From a phage: a stretch of 64,000 bases of DNA. The translations under genes and the position numbers were made by a program. This document shows positions 18,289 to 26,310 of the stretch, one piece after another. The stretch lies in the sequence record NC_042307.1. The stretch is one strand, 5' to 3'. Positions within the stretch are counted from its first letter, which is position 1, and each line of letters opens with the position of its first letter. The notes below the pieces were generated by a model that worked only from the letters and a program-made list of their open reading frames with translations, was not told the origin of the DNA and did no database searches.

Positions 18289-18319
18289 AGATTCATAAAT
18301 TTGAGAGAGGAGTTTAAAT

Positions 18320-19024
18320 ATGGCTGGTTCTCGCAGAAAGAAACATATCCATGAAATCCCGGATGAAGTCTTTAAAAAAGTTATAGAGCATCTGGAAAAC
18401 GGTGGTACTAAGAAAGCAGCATGCGAAATGCTCGGCGTATCATCCAACCCAACTATGGAAAGGATGATAGAAGAGTGGCAAGACCGTCAGATCCAAGTTG
18501 CCGAGATGAAGAAAAAGAAACGTGGTACACTCATTGAAGGTATTGAGTTGGCCAACGTTATTGAACAGTATCTATCTGGTGATTCTTTTGAAGAGATTGC
18601 CGATCGTAATTACCGCTCCGTAGCAATGGTTAAATCTGTTCTGGAACGCTATGGTGCTCTGCTTCGTTTGAATGATATTGTAGATCCATTGAATCCACCA
18701 ATTATTCCTGATGATGCTGTGGCAGAAGAATTTGAGGTTGGAGAACTAGTTTGGGTTCCTGGATACCAGTGTATCGGTGAAATCAAAAAAGCAATGGATA
18801 ATCCTGTTGGTTGTTACCGTGTCTGGCTTCTATCAGAAGGCAAACAACAGAACGTTCATTATATGAATTACGAGCTGGCTTCTGTTAAACATCTGGAAAA
18901 GTTAGGGGTTGACGTAAAATCCCTGGGGTACAAGTGGACTCGTGAAGAAGTTATTACGTTGATTAACGAAGCTGTTAAGGCTGCCTTGAAACTTGATAAA
19001 GAAAAAGGAAAACGCCGTGAGTAG
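18320..19024 (+). CDS. putative DNA-binding early protein with helix-turn-helix-like segments (234 aa)
   Basis: driven by the PN25-like promoter; HTH-like GGTKKAACEMLGVS. Confidence 0.45.
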   Translation: MAGSRRKKHIHEIPDEVFKKVIEHLENGGTKKAACEMLGVSSNPTMERMIEEWQDRQIQVAEMKKKKRGTLIEGIELANVIEQYLSGDSFEEIADRNYRSVAMVKSVLERYGALLRLNDIVDPLNPPIIPDDAVAEEFEVGELVWVPGYQCIGEIKKAMDNPVGCYRVWLLSEGKQQNVHYMNYELASVKHLEKLGVDVKSLGYKWTREEVITLINEAVKAALKLDKEKGKRRE

Positions 19025-19268
19025 ACTAACTGATTTACTTAAAGATGGGGAAGTAAAAACACTATATCGTAGAAGCTGGGATAACGATAATAACGGCTTA
19101 GTGTTACTAACTTTAGATGCTGACTCGGATGTAGCTACTCAGCATACCTGGGTAGCCGGTAACTATCCATATAGCGAGGTTGTTTCATTAACAGTATGCG
19201 AAGCTATTGCAGATGATTGGGAGGTTGCCAGCATCGAGGATATGCTCGCTGTTGGCCTGGTGGAGTAA
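19017..19268 (+). CDS. hypothetical protein
   Basis: GTG 19017 with AAAGGA upstream overlaps the upstream stop; track start is TTG 18993. Confidence 0.35.
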   Translation: MSRLTDLLKDGEVKTLYRRSWDNDNNGLVLLTLDADSDVATQHTWVAGNYPYSEVVSLTVCEAIADDWEVASIEDMLAVGLVE

Positions 19269-19285
19269 CTACTTAAAAATTTCAG

Positions 19286-19314
19286 TTGCTTAATCCTACA
19301 ATTCTTGATATAAT
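19286..19314 (+). promoter_or_regulatory. T5-type early promoter TTGCTT-17-TATAAT
   Basis: exact hexamers. Confidence 0.65.
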
Positions 19315-19371
19315 ATTCTCATAGTTTGAAAGAACTATTCTGTTTAATTCTTAATTAAGGAAATATAAAAT

Positions 19372-19782
19372 ATGACTACTCCAACTCAGTGGACTGATGA
19401 ACTGTTCGAAAAAATGTCTTCCGAATACGTTGCTCGTATGGAGCAATTCCCAGAGGATGAACGTCCGGGTGTTAGCATGGAAATTGTTAGCGAAATTGCC
19501 CAGGAAAATGGTGTAACTCCGAACGGTTTTCGTATGAAGCTGACTAAAGCAGGTTTGTATATTAAGAAAGCTGCTGGTTCTACTTCTAAATCTAGCGCAT
19601 CTACTGGAGAAAAAGCTTCCGGTGGTTCTCGTACCTCCAAAGCTCAAGCCCATGCCGACCTTCGCGCAGCATTCTCTGACGCTGGCTTAGCACCAGATTT
19701 TATGGATGATGCAATTATCGACAAACTGACTGGTAAAGCGGCCGCTCATCTGGCAGAAGCAATTCGAGCTATCACTAAGTAA
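19372..19782 (+). CDS. hypothetical early protein (136 aa), host-optimal codon usage
   Basis: TAAGGAAA upstream; CTG/CGT/GGT codon preference. Confidence 0.55.
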   Translation: MTTPTQWTDELFEKMSSEYVARMEQFPEDERPGVSMEIVSEIAQENGVTPNGFRMKLTKAGLYIKKAAGSTSKSSASTGEKASGGSRTSKAQAHADLRAAFSDAGLAPDFMDDAIIDKLTGKAAAHLAEAIRAITK

Positions 19783-19818
19783 TTTTAGATAAATCCACCA
19801 ACAAAAGGAACTACAGTT

Positions 19819-20116
19819 ATGACCAAAGCTGAAATTATCGCACAATGTGAAAAATTTGGTGAGTTTTATCTTCATTACGAGAAACTTCGTCAGAAAGGAA
19901 CCACGTACCTTCAGGGTACGATGGAATTTGATCCAGCTCAGGATAAATACCTGGCTGAGCGTATTAAACAGTGAACGTATTCGTAAAGCGAAAGATGATG
20001 AAATCCTTGTCTTCTCTCGTACTAATGATAGCTTCCGTTTTATTCCTGTCGAGAAAGTTCGTCGTGTGACTAGCCTCCAATCAGAGTTAGATCGTGCTTC
20101 TCCAGTAGGCCGATAA
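19819..20116 (+). CDS. hypothetical protein encoded in two frames: ORF-A 19819..19974 ends at TGA, coding signal continues in +1 frame to 20116 (see findings)
   Basis: AAAAGGAA upstream of ATG 19819; CGT-rich coding frame downstream of the TGA. Confidence 0.45.
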
Positions 20117-20126
20117 GAAAACAATT

Positions 20127-20150
20127 AGCCCCTATATGGGGCTTTTTGTG
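20127..20150 (+). terminator. rho-independent terminator
   Basis: AGCCCC-TATAT-GGGGCT then TTTTT. Confidence 0.7.
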
Positions 20151-20166
20151 TATTTGGGATGTGTAA

Positions 20167-20475
20167 ATGAGCGAACAGGTAAATCAAAACTATGAAGGAC
20201 ACGTTGATGACCAGTCCATCATACTTTGGGAGAAGGAGGGGGAACAAGTAAGATTAACAGTATCTGAATTTCGTGGGAATCTATACATGGGTATTCGTTA
20301 CTGGCTTCTTGATATTAATGATGAATGGTTTCCAACGAAATCTGGCTTCTCTTTTCCTTACACCCTAGAAACAACATCACAGCTTTTCTATGCGTTTACA
20401 CAGATTCTTAGCGAATCTGAGGTTTTACATGAAGTACAGAAACGAGCTGAAGAACTAAAAGCCAAGAATGCCTAG
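20167..20475 (+). CDS. hypothetical protein (102 aa)
   Basis: ORF track. Confidence 0.45.
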   Translation: MSEQVNQNYEGHVDDQSIILWEKEGEQVRLTVSEFRGNLYMGIRYWLLDINDEWFPTKSGFSFPYTLETTSQLFYAFTQILSESEVLHEVQKRAEELKAKNA

Positions 20476-20494
20476 TTCTTGGCTTTTTCTTTAT
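20461..20494 (+). terminator. rho-independent terminator overlapping the stop codon of the upstream gene
   Basis: GCCAAGAA-TGCCTAG-TTCTTGGC then TTTTTCTTTAT. Confidence 0.7.
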
Positions 20495-20502
20495 AAATGT
20501 AT

Positions 20503-20531
20503 TTGCTTTCAACTCAGTTTTGTTATATAAT
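20503..20531 (+). promoter_or_regulatory. T5-type early promoter TTGCTT-17-TATAAT
   Basis: exact hexamers; ATAAATTAATGAGAGA leader. Confidence 0.65.
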
Positions 20532-20562
20532 ATTTATATAAATTAATGAGAGATATAAATAA

Positions 20563-21534
20563 ATGACTAATGTAAAAGAATTTATTAAACGCTGTCAAGA
20601 AGCATATTATCAAGGCATGTCTTTAATCTCAGATGAAGAATATGATCGCCTGGTAAAACGCTTCCCGTTAGAGGAAGAGATCGGGCCTAAGGGTGATATT
20701 CCACATCTATATCGTATGTATTCTTTACAGAAAGTTTACTATAACCGCGGTGATAAACCACCATTCAATCCGTTAGGTCAAGTAGAAACTGATAAGTTAG
20801 ATGGTTGTGCAATTTCTCTGCTATATATTAATGGCGAATTTGTTCAAGCACTAACTCGTGGTAATGGTATTCTGGGGAATGATGTCACAAGCAACGTAAG
20901 ATTGCTGAACATTCCTAAAAAGATTTCCCAAAAAGTACCTACTCAAATCACTGGTGAAGTTCTAATTACAAAAGAAGTAGAAAATAAACGTAACTTTGCC
21001 TCTGGTGCTATTAACCTCAAAGATAGCGATGATTTCGTACAACGTATCGGGGAAGGTGGTTTAATCTTCGTTGCATATGGTATCCAGTGTTCTGCTGAAT
21101 CTGTAGGTATTACAGAAGCATATTTAAAAGATATGCTTTGGCTAGAGAATGAGAACTTCTTAACAGTTGTTAATGTGCGTTCCTTCTTTAAATGGATTCC
21201 GACGGACGGTAAAGTTGTTCGTATTAATGACAACAACAAATTCTTCCGCGAAGGCTGGACTAATAAATTTCCTCGTGGAGCATTCGCTGTTAAAGAGGAT
21301 GAAGAAGGCGAGATTACAACTCTTACTAAAGTTGAATGGCAGGTAGGGGCTTCTGGTAAAGTAACTCCAGTTGGTTATTTCGAACCGGTAATTATTGATG
21401 ATGCTACAATTGTTAAGGCGACTCTTAATAACGTTGATTATATTAACTCTCTCGATCTAGAGATCGGTTGCCAGATTCGAGTGATTCGTGCTGGTGGTGT
21501 AATCCCATGCATAGTAGAGCGAGTATACGATTAA
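20563..21534 (+). CDS. NAD-dependent DNA ligase, N-terminal polypeptide (adenylation and OB domains)
   Basis: catalytic lysine motif KLDGCAIS; ends ..GGVIPCIVERVYD where bacterial LigA continues into the zinc finger. Confidence 0.85.
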   Translation: MTNVKEFIKRCQEAYYQGMSLISDEEYDRLVKRFPLEEEIGPKGDIPHLYRMYSLQKVYYNRGDKPPFNPLGQVETDKLDGCAISLLYINGEFVQALTRGNGILGNDVTSNVRLLNIPKKISQKVPTQITGEVLITKEVENKRNFASGAINLKDSDDFVQRIGEGGLIFVAYGIQCSAESVGITEAYLKDMLWLENENFLTVVNVRSFFKWIPTDGKVVRINDNNKFFREGWTNKFPRGAFAVKEDEEGEITTLTKVEWQVGASGKVTPVGYFEPVIIDDATIVKATLNNVDYINSLDLEIGCQIRVIRAGGVIPCIVERVYD

Positions 21535-21584
21535 TACATAACCCTTTGCTACCCATCTACCATATCGGAATTATAAAGTGGTTA

Positions 21585-21613
21585 TTGACATTTTCGCCGC
21601 TTAGGTATATACT
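21585..21613 (+). promoter_or_regulatory. sigma70-like promoter TTGACA-17-TATACT inside the ligase gap
   Basis: hexamers at 21585-21590 and 21608-21613. Confidence 0.5.
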
Positions 21614-21677
21614 ATTATCATTCAGTTGAGGGATAGAAAGTTATGGCGAGGGTAAGCAAAGTTAGTTAAAATTGTAG

Positions 21678-21706
21678 TTGCTAAATGCTTAAATACTTGC
21701 TATAAT
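21678..21706 (+). promoter_or_regulatory. T5-type promoter TTGCTA-17-TATAAT inside the ligase gap
   Basis: hexamers at 21678-21683 and 21701-21706; ATAAATTGATAAGGAAG leader. Confidence 0.6.
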
Positions 21707-21736
21707 ATTTATATAAATTGATAAGGAAGAAATTTG

Positions 21737-22516
21737 ATGAAAATCGAAATTCCAACACAATGTCCCTCTTGTGGTTCTAAGCTAGATCTTGTCAACGGAC
21801 AATTATTCTGTCGTAATAAGTCCAACTGTCCAGCGCAATCAAGTAAGTTAATTGAGAACTTCTGTACAAAAATGAAGTTAAAGGGCTTTGGCCCAAAAAC
21901 TATTGAGAAGCTGGAGCTGACGAAGATTTCAGAACTATTTTACCTAACCGAAGAAGATTTGGTTAGAGCCGTGGGTAGCAAGGTTGCCGCTAAGTTAATT
22001 AGCGAATTAAATACTAAAGTTCGCGGAGACATTGACTTTGGTTCAGTTCTCGGTTCTTTAGGAATCACTCTAATTGGAGAGGTTGCAGCAAAGAAATTAT
22101 CCCAAAATTGCACTAGCTTCCATGATGTGAAGGCTGACGGCAAGGCTGGAGAAAATTACAAAGCCTGGCTAAATTCCCCACAAGGCAAGGATGTTATTGA
22201 ACTACCGTGGAAATTTTCAACTGGTATTAAGGGCACTAAAGCTGACGTCATCATTACAGATGAATTAGTTGCCCAGCCAAATGGAATCGCGGTATGTATT
22301 ACCGGATCTTTGCAAGATTTTGCAAATAGAACGGATGCAACAAACTATTTAGAAAGTCTAGGGTATACGGTTAAGAAATCCGTTACCAAAGACGTCAAAT
22401 ACCTAATCTGTGAGGATGAATCGAAGCGTTCCTCCTCATCTTATAAGAAAGCCGAAACGAATGGGATAGAAATCCTGTCGATTAAAGAACTATTGGAGAA
22501 AAATAATAATGTCTAA
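21737..22516 (+). CDS. NAD-dependent DNA ligase, C-terminal polypeptide (zinc finger, HhH, BRCT)
   Basis: CPSCGSKLDLVNGQLFCRNKSNCPAQ zinc finger; ATG 21737 (track start is TTG 21734). Confidence 0.85.
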   Translation: MKIEIPTQCPSCGSKLDLVNGQLFCRNKSNCPAQSSKLIENFCTKMKLKGFGPKTIEKLELTKISELFYLTEEDLVRAVGSKVAAKLISELNTKVRGDIDFGSVLGSLGITLIGEVAAKKLSQNCTSFHDVKADGKAGENYKAWLNSPQGKDVIELPWKFSTGIKGTKADVIITDELVAQPNGIAVCITGSLQDFANRTDATNYLESLGYTVKKSVTKDVKYLICEDESKRSSSSYKKAETNGIEILSIKELLEKNNNV

Positions 22517-23276
22517 ACTGAACTGGAACGTAGAAGGTGTAACCGAGTCTCTGAAAGCAAAAGCCACTGCTCTGGGTGTTGCTGTAATCTCTCAAGAACA
22601 AGTAGCTGCTATCGCTGCTGAACTGGCTGCTGAAACTGGCAAAGATGTTACTGCTCGCTCTGTTGGCTCTAAGCTGCGTAAAGAAGGTTTTGAAGTACAA
22701 AAAGCTAACGAAGTACAGAAATCCCCGTGGACTCCTGAGCAGGAAGCTGAACTGGTTGATTTCCTGAACGCTCATGCTGGTCAGTATACCTATGCTGAAA
22801 TCGCTGCTGCTGTAGCTGGTGGTCAGTTCGGTGCTAAACAGGTACAGGGTAAGATCCTGAGTCTGGAAATGACCGCTTCTGTTAAACCAACTGAAAAAGC
22901 TGCTGCTGTTCGTTCCTTCACTCCGGATGAAGAAACTGATTTTGTTAATCAGGTTGTTGCTGGAGCTACTATTGAAGCTATCGCTGCTCACTTCGGTCGC
23001 AATATTAAGCAGATCCGTGGTAAAGCTCTGAGCCTGCTTCGTGAAGGTCGTATCGCCGCTATGCCGGTACAGGAAACTTCAAGTGCTAAAACTCGTGAAG
23101 ATCTGTTAGAAGGTCTGGATCTGGCTAACATGACTGTTGCTGAGATCGCTGAGAAAACTGGTAAGTCTGAGCGCGGTGTTAAATCTATGCTGTCTCGTCG
23201 TGGTCTGGTTGCTAAGGACTATGATGGTGCCGCTAAGCGTGCTAAACTGGATGCAAAAGCTGCGGCTGCTGAATAA
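22509..23276 (+). CDS. hypothetical abundant protein with four internal HTH-like repeats, possibly a DNA-binding protein
   Basis: repeats EIAAAVAGGQFGAKQVQGKILSLE / AIAAHFGRNIKQIRGKALSLLREG / EIAEKTGKSERGVKSMLSRRGL; strongly host-optimal codons. Confidence 0.45.
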   Translation: MSKLNWNVEGVTESLKAKATALGVAVISQEQVAAIAAELAAETGKDVTARSVGSKLRKEGFEVQKANEVQKSPWTPEQEAELVDFLNAHAGQYTYAEIAAAVAGGQFGAKQVQGKILSLEMTASVKPTEKAAAVRSFTPDEETDFVNQVVAGATIEAIAAHFGRNIKQIRGKALSLLREGRIAAMPVQETSSAKTREDLLEGLDLANMTVAEIAEKTGKSERGVKSMLSRRGLVAKDYDGAAKRAKLDAKAAAAE

Positions 23277-23293
23277 TCTGGTAAATTAAACCT

Positions 23294-23325
23294 AAGGGGA
23301 GGGGGCTATGCTCCTTCCCCTTTTT
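23294..23325 (+). terminator. rho-independent terminator
   Basis: AAGGGGA..TCCCCTT then TTTTG. Confidence 0.65.
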
Positions 23326-23358
23326 GCATTTAGAAGGCACGAAAGCGTGCAAAGGAGA

Positions 23359-24831
23359 ATGACCTTGTTTAACGTGCAAGCTGTAGTGTTGAAGATGCTT
23401 CTAGCTTCCGAACAGAAGCAAATAGCATTGGAAACATTCTCAAAACTGCATAAAGATCATTTTAATGACGCTTTCTCCTCAATTTACCAAGCCGTCCAGA
23501 ATTATTATAAAAAATATAACACAATGCCGTCCATTGACGCACTGATGCTTGAGGCTAATAGGAACGCCCGCCTTTCTCAAGCTCTAGTCGTTTTAGCTAA
23601 CACTCAAATTCCAGAAGTTAGCATGGAACAGGCACTTGAAGTCCTAGAGGCCGAGTATACGCAGGATTTATTCCTGAAGCTTCTAGAAACAGACGTGCTT
23701 CAAGATTTAACAATGCTGGATCAGGGAGAAATTCTTAACCGAGTTGCCTCCCTTCACTTAAAATTAGAAGAGAAAGTAACGAATACTGGAAAAGTATTCA
23801 ACGCAGATAACATGCGTATTTTCCAGAGAGAAGAAGATACCAAACTGAACTTAATCGCTCTTGGTATTTGTAATGAGTTCGACGCTCAAATTGGTTTAGC
23901 TCGCACAGAAACGTTACTGCTTGGTGGTTGGCGTGGTACTGGTAAATCCATTATCTGTTCAAACATACAGGTTCAGCAATATTTGAATGGAGATATTGCT
24001 CCATACTTCTCAATTGAGATGAAAGAACATGAAGTATTTAGACGTAATCTAGCCATGTTAGCTGGTGTATCAGCACTAGCAATGCGTAATAATACTCTAG
24101 AAGGTGCAGCTCTGTTGAGATTAGCCAGAACTAGAGCTAGAATGTTTAACGGTGGTGAAGAGCTTTTCGATAACTTCGTTAAACAATACACAATGGCTAA
24201 GATGAGTGATTTCTACGATATGGAAAGTAAGCTAATAGAAGGATATGAGCTACATACTCCTATGATTATTGTTTATGATCCTGAGCTGTCTATTACAACA
24301 GTTGACGTAGAATTAAATAAATTAGTTGCTAGATATGGGGATAAAGTTACAGTAGCTTTACTTGACTATATTAACCAAACCCGACTTCCAGATTCTAAAA
24401 CCATTGATATGTATGACTGGAAAGAACAGATGGTTGTTAGCTCGTCTTTCAAATCCCTCTGCCAGAAACATAACGTGGCTGGTGTAGCTCCTTACCAGAT
24501 TGATCAAGATGGTAGAACACGTATGTCAAAAGGGATTCTTGATTCCGCAGACATGGCTGCTAATCTTAATGCTGCAAAAGCTGATAATGGTCAAGGTGCT
24601 ATTATGTTTGACTTCGTTAAGACCCGTTCTTCTGATAGCGTGAAGTTTATGCCTAAAATGAACTGGGAAACCCTGCGGATGGATAACACTACCAACCTAG
24701 CAATGGAAGATATATCTCAAATGGAAGCTGAGTTCGTTATCCCTATTGAGAAGGATAAGCCAGCTCAATCTAAACGTGCTAAGAAAGACAAAGCTGAAAA
24801 TTCAACAGGTGAACAGGCCAGCGATATATGA
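23359..24831 (+). CDS. replicative DNA helicase (DnaB-like)
   Basis: Walker A GGWRGTGKS, DnaB-like LDYINQ motif; AAAGGAGA upstream of ATG 23359. Confidence 0.6.
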   Translation: MTLFNVQAVVLKMLLASEQKQIALETFSKLHKDHFNDAFSSIYQAVQNYYKKYNTMPSIDALMLEANRNARLSQALVVLANTQIPEVSMEQALEVLEAEYTQDLFLKLLETDVLQDLTMLDQGEILNRVASLHLKLEEKVTNTGKVFNADNMRIFQREEDTKLNLIALGICNEFDAQIGLARTETLLLGGWRGTGKSIICSNIQVQQYLNGDIAPYFSIEMKEHEVFRRNLAMLAGVSALAMRNNTLEGAALLRLARTRARMFNGGEELFDNFVKQYTMAKMSDFYDMESKLIEGYELHTPMIIVYDPELSITTVDVELNKLVARYGDKVTVALLDYINQTRLPDSKTIDMYDWKEQMVVSSSFKSLCQKHNVAGVAPYQIDQDGRTRMSKGILDSADMAANLNAAKADNGQGAIMFDFVKTRSSDSVKFMPKMNWETLRMDNTTNLAMEDISQMEAEFVIPIEKDKPAQSKRAKKDKAENSTGEQASDI

Positions 24832-25361
24832 TAACACAGGAACGACTAAAAGAACTGTTTGACTACTCCCCAGAGACTGGGGAGTTTATTAGAAAAGTAT
24901 CTAGAGGCAACCAGAAAGCCGGGAGTATAGTAACTAGAAAGGATTCAAACGGTTATATAATTATCGGTATAGATGGTAGGGATTATAAAGCCCATCGTAT
25001 GGCCTTCCTATTTATGGAAAACACGTTACCTGAAAAAGTAGACCATATAAACCGTATACGAAGTGATAATCGATGGTGTAATCTAAGAGACGCCACAGCC
25101 CAGGAAAATAGTAGAAATAAAACCGCATGTAGTAAGTCTGGATATTTGGGAGTTGCTTGGGATATAGAAAAACAAAGATGGAGAGTTCAAGTAAGAGACT
25201 CTAATAGCACTCTTAAAAATGGTGGCAGATTTAAGTATGAAGAGCTAGAGCTAGCTGTAAATTCAGCAAATATATTAAGGACTAAGTTACATGGAGAACG
25301 TGCTGTTATAGAATTTTTTGATACATCTAATTATCCTTCACTGGAGGAGTTAAATTCATGA
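24828..25361 (+). CDS. HNH homing endonuclease
   Basis: MITQERLKELFDYSPETGEF..GYIIIGIDGRDYKAHRMAFLFMENTLPEKVDHINRIRSDNR; ATGA overlap with helicase stop. Confidence 0.75.
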   Translation: MITQERLKELFDYSPETGEFIRKVSRGNQKAGSIVTRKDSNGYIIIGIDGRDYKAHRMAFLFMENTLPEKVDHINRIRSDNRWCNLRDATAQENSRNKTACSKSGYLGVAWDIEKQRWRVQVRDSNSTLKNGGRFKYEELELAVNSANILRTKLHGERAVIEFFDTSNYPSLEELNS

Positions 25362-26248
25362 GTAGAATAACAGAGTTACTTGATCTAAAAGGAATTGAGT
25401 ACAAGGATACAGGCGGGGATATTCTTATATGCTGCCTGAATCCTGAACACGAGGATAAACACCCAAGTTTGCGTATTGATCCTGAAACCGGGATTATGCA
25501 CTGCTTGAGTTGCGGTTTTGGCAAAGGTATACCTAGTATTTATCATTATTTTAATGAGACTCAATATAGACAATCTCCAAGACTATCCCAAGTACGTAAA
25601 AAAATTTCTGAGATTAGAAATGGATCTACGAATCTTGCAATCCCAGAATCTGCTTTTCTTTTTGAAGGTGATTTCCGAGGTATCAGTTCTAAGACCTTAA
25701 AGAAATATTTTGCTTTCCAACACCAAGAGGACTGGGAAGGCAGAATTGTATTCCCAATCACAGATGCTGTTGGACGCAATATCCTATTTTTGGGTCGTTC
25801 TATAAACAGTTCTGCCCCTCCTAAATACTTAGTAAAACCAAAACAAGTTTCACCGCCAATTTTTCCTGTACGATATAATACTCCAGTTCTTATTCTAGTT
25901 GAAGGCATCTTTGATATGCTGAACCTAGAGGATAATGGTATAGACTATGCTTCTTGCTGCTTTGGTACACATCAGTTTACATCTGATAACATTGCTGATA
26001 AGTTCAGTCCTTACATTATTGCTGGAGTAAGAGTAGTTGTTATCTTGCTAGATAATGATGCCTCTGGTAATAAAGCTGCTCAAGCACTAGCGAAGCTAAT
26101 TCGTACAAAAACACGTTTAACACCTGTAGTTGGTAACTTCCTTCTTCCAGAAGGTAAAGACCCAGGTGATTTAAATAAAGAAGAGATCGATATGTTGGCT
26201 CAACGTATTGAAATTTTAGTTGCCGAATCGCTCAAAGATTTGGTATAA
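25358..26248 (+). CDS. DNA primase (DnaG-like)
   Basis: CHC2 zinc finger CCLNPEHEDKHPSLRIDPETGIMHCLSCGFGKG; TOPRIM motifs LVEGIFDMLNL and LDNDASG. Confidence 0.75.
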   Translation: MSRITELLDLKGIEYKDTGGDILICCLNPEHEDKHPSLRIDPETGIMHCLSCGFGKGIPSIYHYFNETQYRQSPRLSQVRKKISEIRNGSTNLAIPESAFLFEGDFRGISSKTLKKYFAFQHQEDWEGRIVFPITDAVGRNILFLGRSINSSAPPKYLVKPKQVSPPIFPVRYNTPVLILVEGIFDMLNLEDNGIDYASCCFGTHQFTSDNIADKFSPYIIAGVRVVVILLDNDASGNKAAQALAKLIRTKTRLTPVVGNFLLPEGKDPGDLNKEEIDMLAQRIEILVAESLKDLV

Positions 26249-26310
26249 TATATTGGTAAGTTAGAGAAGAAACACTGAAGTTATACTTACTTACCAAAAG
26301 GAGACTAAAT

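Noticed and set aside
21535-21736. Group I intron or intein splitting the ligase gene
   Set aside because: The gap is only about 200 bp, has promoter hexamers and an SD for the second half, and shows no group I core pairings; separate cistrons explain it more simply.
22482-22991. 169-aa minus-strand ORF
   Set aside because: Antisense to the highly codon-optimised gene 22509..23276; Ser/Phe-rich mirror-frame artefact.
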